Assembly: GCA_051313645.2 (NCBI GenBank)
Contig: JBNRSN020000014.1
Span: 32,426,001-32,490,000 of the forward strand
DNA: 64,000 nt
Direction of reading: 5' to 3'
From: Centroscyllium fabricii
Taxonomy: Eukaryota
The notes beneath the pieces were generated by a model. That model ran no database searches. It was given only the letters and a program-made list of their open reading frames with translations, and had not been told where the DNA came from. Position numbers and translations under genes: made by a program. Below, in pieces: positions 58,465 through 64,000 of the stretch; within the stretch, counting starts at the first letter, position 1, and every line of letters starts with the position of its first letter.

Positions 58465-60815
58465 ATTCTTTCTGGGGATGTGGGTGTCGCTGGCAAGGCC
58501 AGCATTTATTGTCCATCCCTAGTTGCCCTTGAGAAGGTGGTGGTGAGCCAGTCTGTGTGGTGAAGGTACTCCCACAGTGCTATTAGGGAGGGAGTTCCAG
58601 GATTTTGACCCAACGACTATGAAGGAACGGCGATATATTTCCAAATCATATGGTGTGTGACTTGGAGGGGAACTTGGAGGTGATGGCATTCCCATGCTCT
58701 TGCTGCCCTCGTTCTTCTTGGTGGTAGGGTTTGGGAGGTGCTGTCAAAGAGGCCTTGGCAAGCTGCTGCAGTGCATCGTGTAGATGGTACACACTGGAGC
58801 CACGGTGCGCCAGTGGTGGAGGGAGTGAATGTTTAAGGTGGTGGATGGGCTGCCAATCAAGCAGGCTGCTTTGTCCTGAATGGTGTTGAGCTTCTTGTGT
58901 TGTTGTTGGAGCTGCACTCATCCAGGCAAATGGAGAGTATTCCATCACACTCCTGGCATGTGCCTTGTGGATGGTGGAAAGGCTTTGGGGAGTCAGGAGG
59001 TGAGACACTCGCTGCAAAATACCCAGCCTCTGACCTGCTCTTGCTGCCACAGTATTTATGTGGCTGGTCCAGTTAAGTTTCTGGTCAATGGTGACCCCCC
59101 AGGATGTTAATGTTGGGGGATTTGGTGATGGTAATGCTGTTGAATGTCAAGGGGCGATGGTTCGTCTCTCTCTTGTTCGAGATAGTCATTGCCTGGCACT
59201 TGTGTGGCACGAGTGTTACTTGCCACTTATCAGCCCAAGTCTGAATGTCGAGCAGGTCCTGCTGCATGCAGGAATGGATTGCTTCATTATATGAGGAGTT
59301 GCGAATGGAACTGAACACTGTGCAATCAGAAACGAACATCCCCATTTCTGACCTTATGATGGAGGGAAGGTCATTGATGAAGCAGCTGAAGATGGTTGGG
59401 CCTAGGACATTGCCCTGAGGAACTCCTGCAGCGATGTCCTGGGGATGTGATGATTGACTTCTAACCACCGCAACCATCTTCCTTTGTGCGAGGTATGACT
59501 CCAGCCAGTGGAGAATTTTCCCCCCTGATTCCCAATGACTTCAGTTTTACTAGGGCTCCTTGATGCCACACTTGGTCAAATGCTGCCTTGATGTCAAGGG
59601 CAGTCACTCTCACCTCACCTCTGAAATTTAGCTCTTTCGTCTATGTTTGGACCAAGGCTGTAATGAAGTCAGGAGCTGAGTGGTCTAGGCGGAAACCAAA
59701 CTGGGCATCAGTGAGCAGGTTATTGGTGAGCAAGTGCTGCTTGATAGCACTGTTGACGACACCTTCCATCACTTTGCTGATGATTGAGAATAGACTGATG
59801 GGGTGTCAATTGGCCGGATTGCATTTGTCCTTTTTTTGTGGGCATACTTGGGCAATTTTCCACATTGTCGGGTAGATGCCAGTGTTGCAGATGTACTGGA
59901 ACAGCTTGGCTAGGAGCACGGCTAGTTCTGGAGCACAAGTCGTCAGCACGACAGCCGGGATATTGTCGGGGACCACAGCCTTTGCTGTATCCAGTGCGCT
60001 CAGCCGTTTCTTGATATCACGTGGAGTGAATCGAATTGGCTGAAGACTGGCTTCTGTGATGGTGGGGACCTCAGGAGGAGGCCGATATGGATCATCCACT
60101 AGGCACTTCTGGCTGAAGATGGTTGCAAACGCTTCAGCTTTGTCTTTTGCACTCGCGTGCTGGGCTCCACCATCATTGAGGATGGGGATATTCATGGAGC
60201 CTCCTCCTCCCATTAGTTGTTTAATGGTCCACCACCATTCACGACTGGGTGTGGCAGGACTGCAGAGCTTTGATCTGATCTGTTGATTGTGGGATCGCTT
60301 AGCCCTGTCTATAGCATGCTGCTTCCGCTTTTTAGCATGCATGTAGTCGTGTGTTGCAGCTTCCCCAGGTTGGCACCTCATTTTTAGGTACGCCTGGTGC
60401 TGCTCCTGGCATGCTCCTCCACACTCCTCATTGAACCAGGGTTGGTTCCCTGGCTTGATGGCAATGGTAGAGTGAGGGATACGCTGGGCCATGAGGTTAC
60501 AGTTTGTAGTGGAATACAATTCTGCTGTTGCTGATGGCCCACAGCGCCTCATGGATGCCCAGTTTTGAGCTGCTAGATCTGCTCTGAATCTATCCAATTT
60601 AGCACAGTTGTATTGCCACACAACACGATGAAGGATGTCCTCAGTGTGAAGACAGGACTTTGTCTCCACAATGACTGTGCGGTGGTCACTGCTACCAATG
60701 CTGTCATGGACAGATCTGCAACAGGTAGATTGGTGAGTACGAAGTTAAGTGGGTTTTTCCCCTCGTGTTGGTTCTCTCACCACATGCTGCCGGCCCAGTC
60801 TGGCAGTTATGTCCT
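58465..60815 (-). mobile_element. 5'-truncated copy of the second LINE family (CR1/L2 group)
   Basis: ORFs 59806-60669 and 59085-59477; reverse complement of 61737-63920. Confidence 0.9.
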
Positions 60816-60822
60816 TCATAAG

Positions 60823-63800
60823 GAGGCGGTGGCGTAGTGGTTATATCACTAGACTAGTAAGCCAGAGGCTCAGTCAAATGCTCTGAGGATATGGGTTCAA
60901 ATCCCACCACGACAGCTGGTGGAATTTAAATTCAATTCAATTTAATTCTGGAATTAAATGTTGGTCTTAGTAATGGCGACCATGATACCATTGTCGATTG
61001 TTGCAAAAACCCATCTAGTTCACTAATGTCCTTTAGGGAAGGAAATCTGCCGTCCTTACCTGGTCTGGCCTACATGTGACTCCAGACCCACAGCAATGTG
61101 GTTGATTCTTAATGCCCTCTGAAATGGCCTATCAAGCCACTCAGTTGTAAACAACCGCTACGAAATACAATACGAATAAAACCGGACGGACCACCCGGCA
61201 TCGACCTCAGCACCGGAAACTACAACGTCAACGGCAAACCCGGCCCTGTCGACCCTGCAAAGTCCTCCTCACAAACATCTGGGGACTTGTGCCAAAATTG
61301 GGAGAGCTGTTCCAGACTAGTCAAGCAACAGCCTGACATAGTCATACTCACAGAATCATACCTTACAGCCAATGTCCCAGACACCACCATCACCATTCCT
61401 GGGTATGTCCTGTCCCACTGGCAGGACAGACCCACCAGAGGTGGTGGCACCGTGGTATAGAGTCTGGAGGGAGTAGCCCTGGGAGTCCTCAACATTGACT
61501 CAGGACACCATGAGGTCCCATGGCATCAAGTCAAACATGGGCAAGGAAACCTCCTGCTAATTACCACCTACCGCCCTCCCTCAGCTGATGAATCAGTACT
61601 CCTCCATGTTGAACATCAATTGGAAGAAGCACTGAGAGTAGCAAGGGCACAAAATGTCCTCTGGGTGGGGGACTTCAATGTCCATCACCAAGAGTGGCTC
61701 GATAGCACCACAACTGACCGAGCTGGCCGAGTCCTAAAGGACATAGCTGCCAGACTGGGTCTGCGACAGGTGGTGAGGGAACCAACAAGAGGGAAAAACC
61801 TACTTGATCTCGTCCTCACCAATCTACCTGTTGCAGATGCATCTGTCCATGACAGCATTGGTGGAAGTGACCACCGTACAGTCCTTGTGGAGACGAAGTC
61901 CCGTCTTCATGTTGAGGATACCCTCCGCCGTGTTGTGTGGCACTACCACCGTGCTAAATGGGACAGATTTCAAACAGATCTGGCAACTCAAAACTGGGCA
62001 TCCATGAAGCGCTGTGGGCCATCAGCAGCAGCAGAATTGTATTCAACCACAATCTGTAAACTCATGGCCCAGCATATCCCTCACTCTACCATTACCATCA
62101 AGCCGGGAGATCAACCCTGGTTTAACGAAGAGTGCAGGAGAGCATGCCGGGAACATCACCAGGCATACCGAAAAATGAGGCGTCAACCTGGTGAGGCTAC
62201 AACACAGGACTACTTGCATGCCAAACAACAGAAGCAACATGCGATAGACAGAGCTAAGCGATCTCACAACCATCGGATCAAATCAGAGCTCTGCAGTCCT
62301 GCCACATCCAGTCGTGAGTGGTGGTGGACAATTAAACAGTTAACAGGAGGAGGAGGCTCCAAAAATATCCCCATCCTCAATGATGGAGGAGCCCAGCACG
62401 TGAGTGCAAAAGACAAGGCTGAAGCATTTGCAACTATCTTCAGCCAGAAATGCCGAGTGGATGATCCATCTTGACCTCCTCCTGAGGTCCCCAGCATCAC
62501 AGATGCCAGTCTTCAGCCCATTGAATTCACTCCACGTGATGTCAAGAAACGGCTGAAGACACTGGATACTGCAAAGGCTATGGGCCCTGACAACATTCCG
62601 GCAATAGTACTGAAGACTTGTGGTCCAGAACTAGCTGCGCCCCTAGCCAAGCTGTTCCAGTACAGCTACAACACTGGCATCTACCCAGCAATGTGGAAAA
62701 TTGCCCAAGTATGTCCTGTCTACAAAAAGCAGGACAAATCCGACCCGGCCAATTACCGTCCCATCAGTCTACTCTCAATGATCAGCAAAGTGATGGAAGG
62801 TGTCGTCGACAGTGCTATCAAGCAGCACTTACTCAGCAATAACCTGCTAACTGACGCCCAGTTTGGGTTCTGCCAGGGCCACTCAGCTCCTGACCTCATT
62901 ACAGCCTTGGTCCAAACATGGACAAAAGAGCTGAACTCAAGAGGTGAGGTGAGAGTGACTGCCCTTGACATCAAGGCAGCATTTGATCGAGTGTGGCATC
63001 AAGGAGCCCTGGCAAAGCTGAAGTCAATGGGAATCAAGGGGAAAACACTCCATTGGTTGGAATCACACCTAGCACAAAGGAAGTTGGCTGTGGTTGTTGG
63101 AGGTCATTCATCTCAACCACAGGACATCACTGCAGGAGTTCCTCAGGGCTGTGTCCTAGGCTCAACCATCTTCAGCTGTTTCATCAATGACCTTCCCTCC
63201 ATCATAAGGTCAGAAGTGGGGATGTTCGCTGATGATTGCACACTGTTCAGCACCATTTGAGACTCGTCAGATACTGACGCAGTCCGTGTCCATATGCAGC
63301 AAGACCTGCTCAACATTCAGATTTGGACTGACAAGTGGCAAGTAACATTCGCACCACACAAGTACCAGGCAATGACCATCTCCAACAAGCGAGACTCTAA
63401 CCATCTCCCCTTGACATTCAATGGCATTATCATTGCTGAATCCCCCACTATCAACATCCTGGGGGTTACCATTGATCGGAAACTGAACTGGACCAGCCAT
63501 ATAAATACTGTGGCTACAAGAGCAGGCCAGAGGCTAGGAATTCTGCGGCGAGTGTCTCACCTCCTGACTCCCCAAAGCCTTTCCACCATCTACAAGGCAC
63601 AAGTCAGGAGTGTGATGGAATACTCTCCACTTGCCTGGATGAGTGCAGCTCCAACAACACTCAAGAAGCTCGACACCATCCAGGACAAAGCAGGCCGCTT
63701 GATTGGCACCCCATCCACCCCCTTCAACATTCACTCCCTCCACCACCGGCGCACTGTGGCTGCAGTGTGTACCATCTACAAGATGCACTGCAGCAACTCG

Positions 63801-64000
63801 CCAAAGCTCCTTCAACAGCACCTTCCAAACCTGCAACCGCTACCACTTAGAAGGACAAGGGCAGCAGACGCATGGGAACAGCACCACCTACAAGTTCCTC
63901 TCCAAGCCACACACCATCCTGAATTGGATCTGTATGGCCGCTCCTTCACTGTCGCTGGGCCAAAATCCTGGAACTCCCTTCCTAACAACATTGTGGGTGT
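60823..64000 (+). mobile_element. LINE (CR1/L2 group) with tRNA-like 5' head followed directly by EN-RT; runs past the window end
   Basis: A box 60830-60840, B box 60894-60904; PDIVILTESYL, GDFNVHH, SDH, ALDIKAAFDRVWH, GVPQG, FADD; a few stops and frameshifts. Confidence 0.85.

Noticed and set aside
60823-60910. Functional tRNA gene (likewise the heads at 45196 and 55063)
   Set aside because: Stems are imperfect, no T-run terminator follows, and each continues into retroelement body.

Overview
Vertebrate genomic DNA, almost certainly a shark or other elasmobranch (V-SINE/HE1-type and Deu-domain SINEs, dense CR1 and Penelope-like repeats). Two spliced genes were reconstructed by hand. ATP6V0C (V-ATPase proteolipid c) is complete on + (3 coding exons, 4794-29290, 154 aa) with a CpG-island promoter. 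Six consecutive 3' exons of TRAP1 (mitochondrial HSP90) lie on - (57144-45997); its last exon was not found and may fall in the 200-N gap. The rest is mostly nested mobile DNA. Highlights: (1) small fold-back elements with 13-14 bp TSDs that carry minimal hammerhead ribozyme motifs; (2) a LINE whose 5' end is a tRNA-like Pol III head with no ORF1, plus a SINE-sized head+tail deletion derivative; (3) a hAT transposon with both TIRs and an 8-bp TSD, whose BED finger is fused in frame to an inserted Vingi/Ingi-like LINE end; (4) seven Tigger4-like MITEs sharing TIRs but with different CpG-rich, NRF1/YY1-motif interiors; (5) a ~6.6 kb inverted Penelope pair with a 28-bp micro-inversion; (6) minisatellites derived from a TRAP1 splice acceptor and from a DeuSINE. 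Family names come from recalled motifs, not from database searches.
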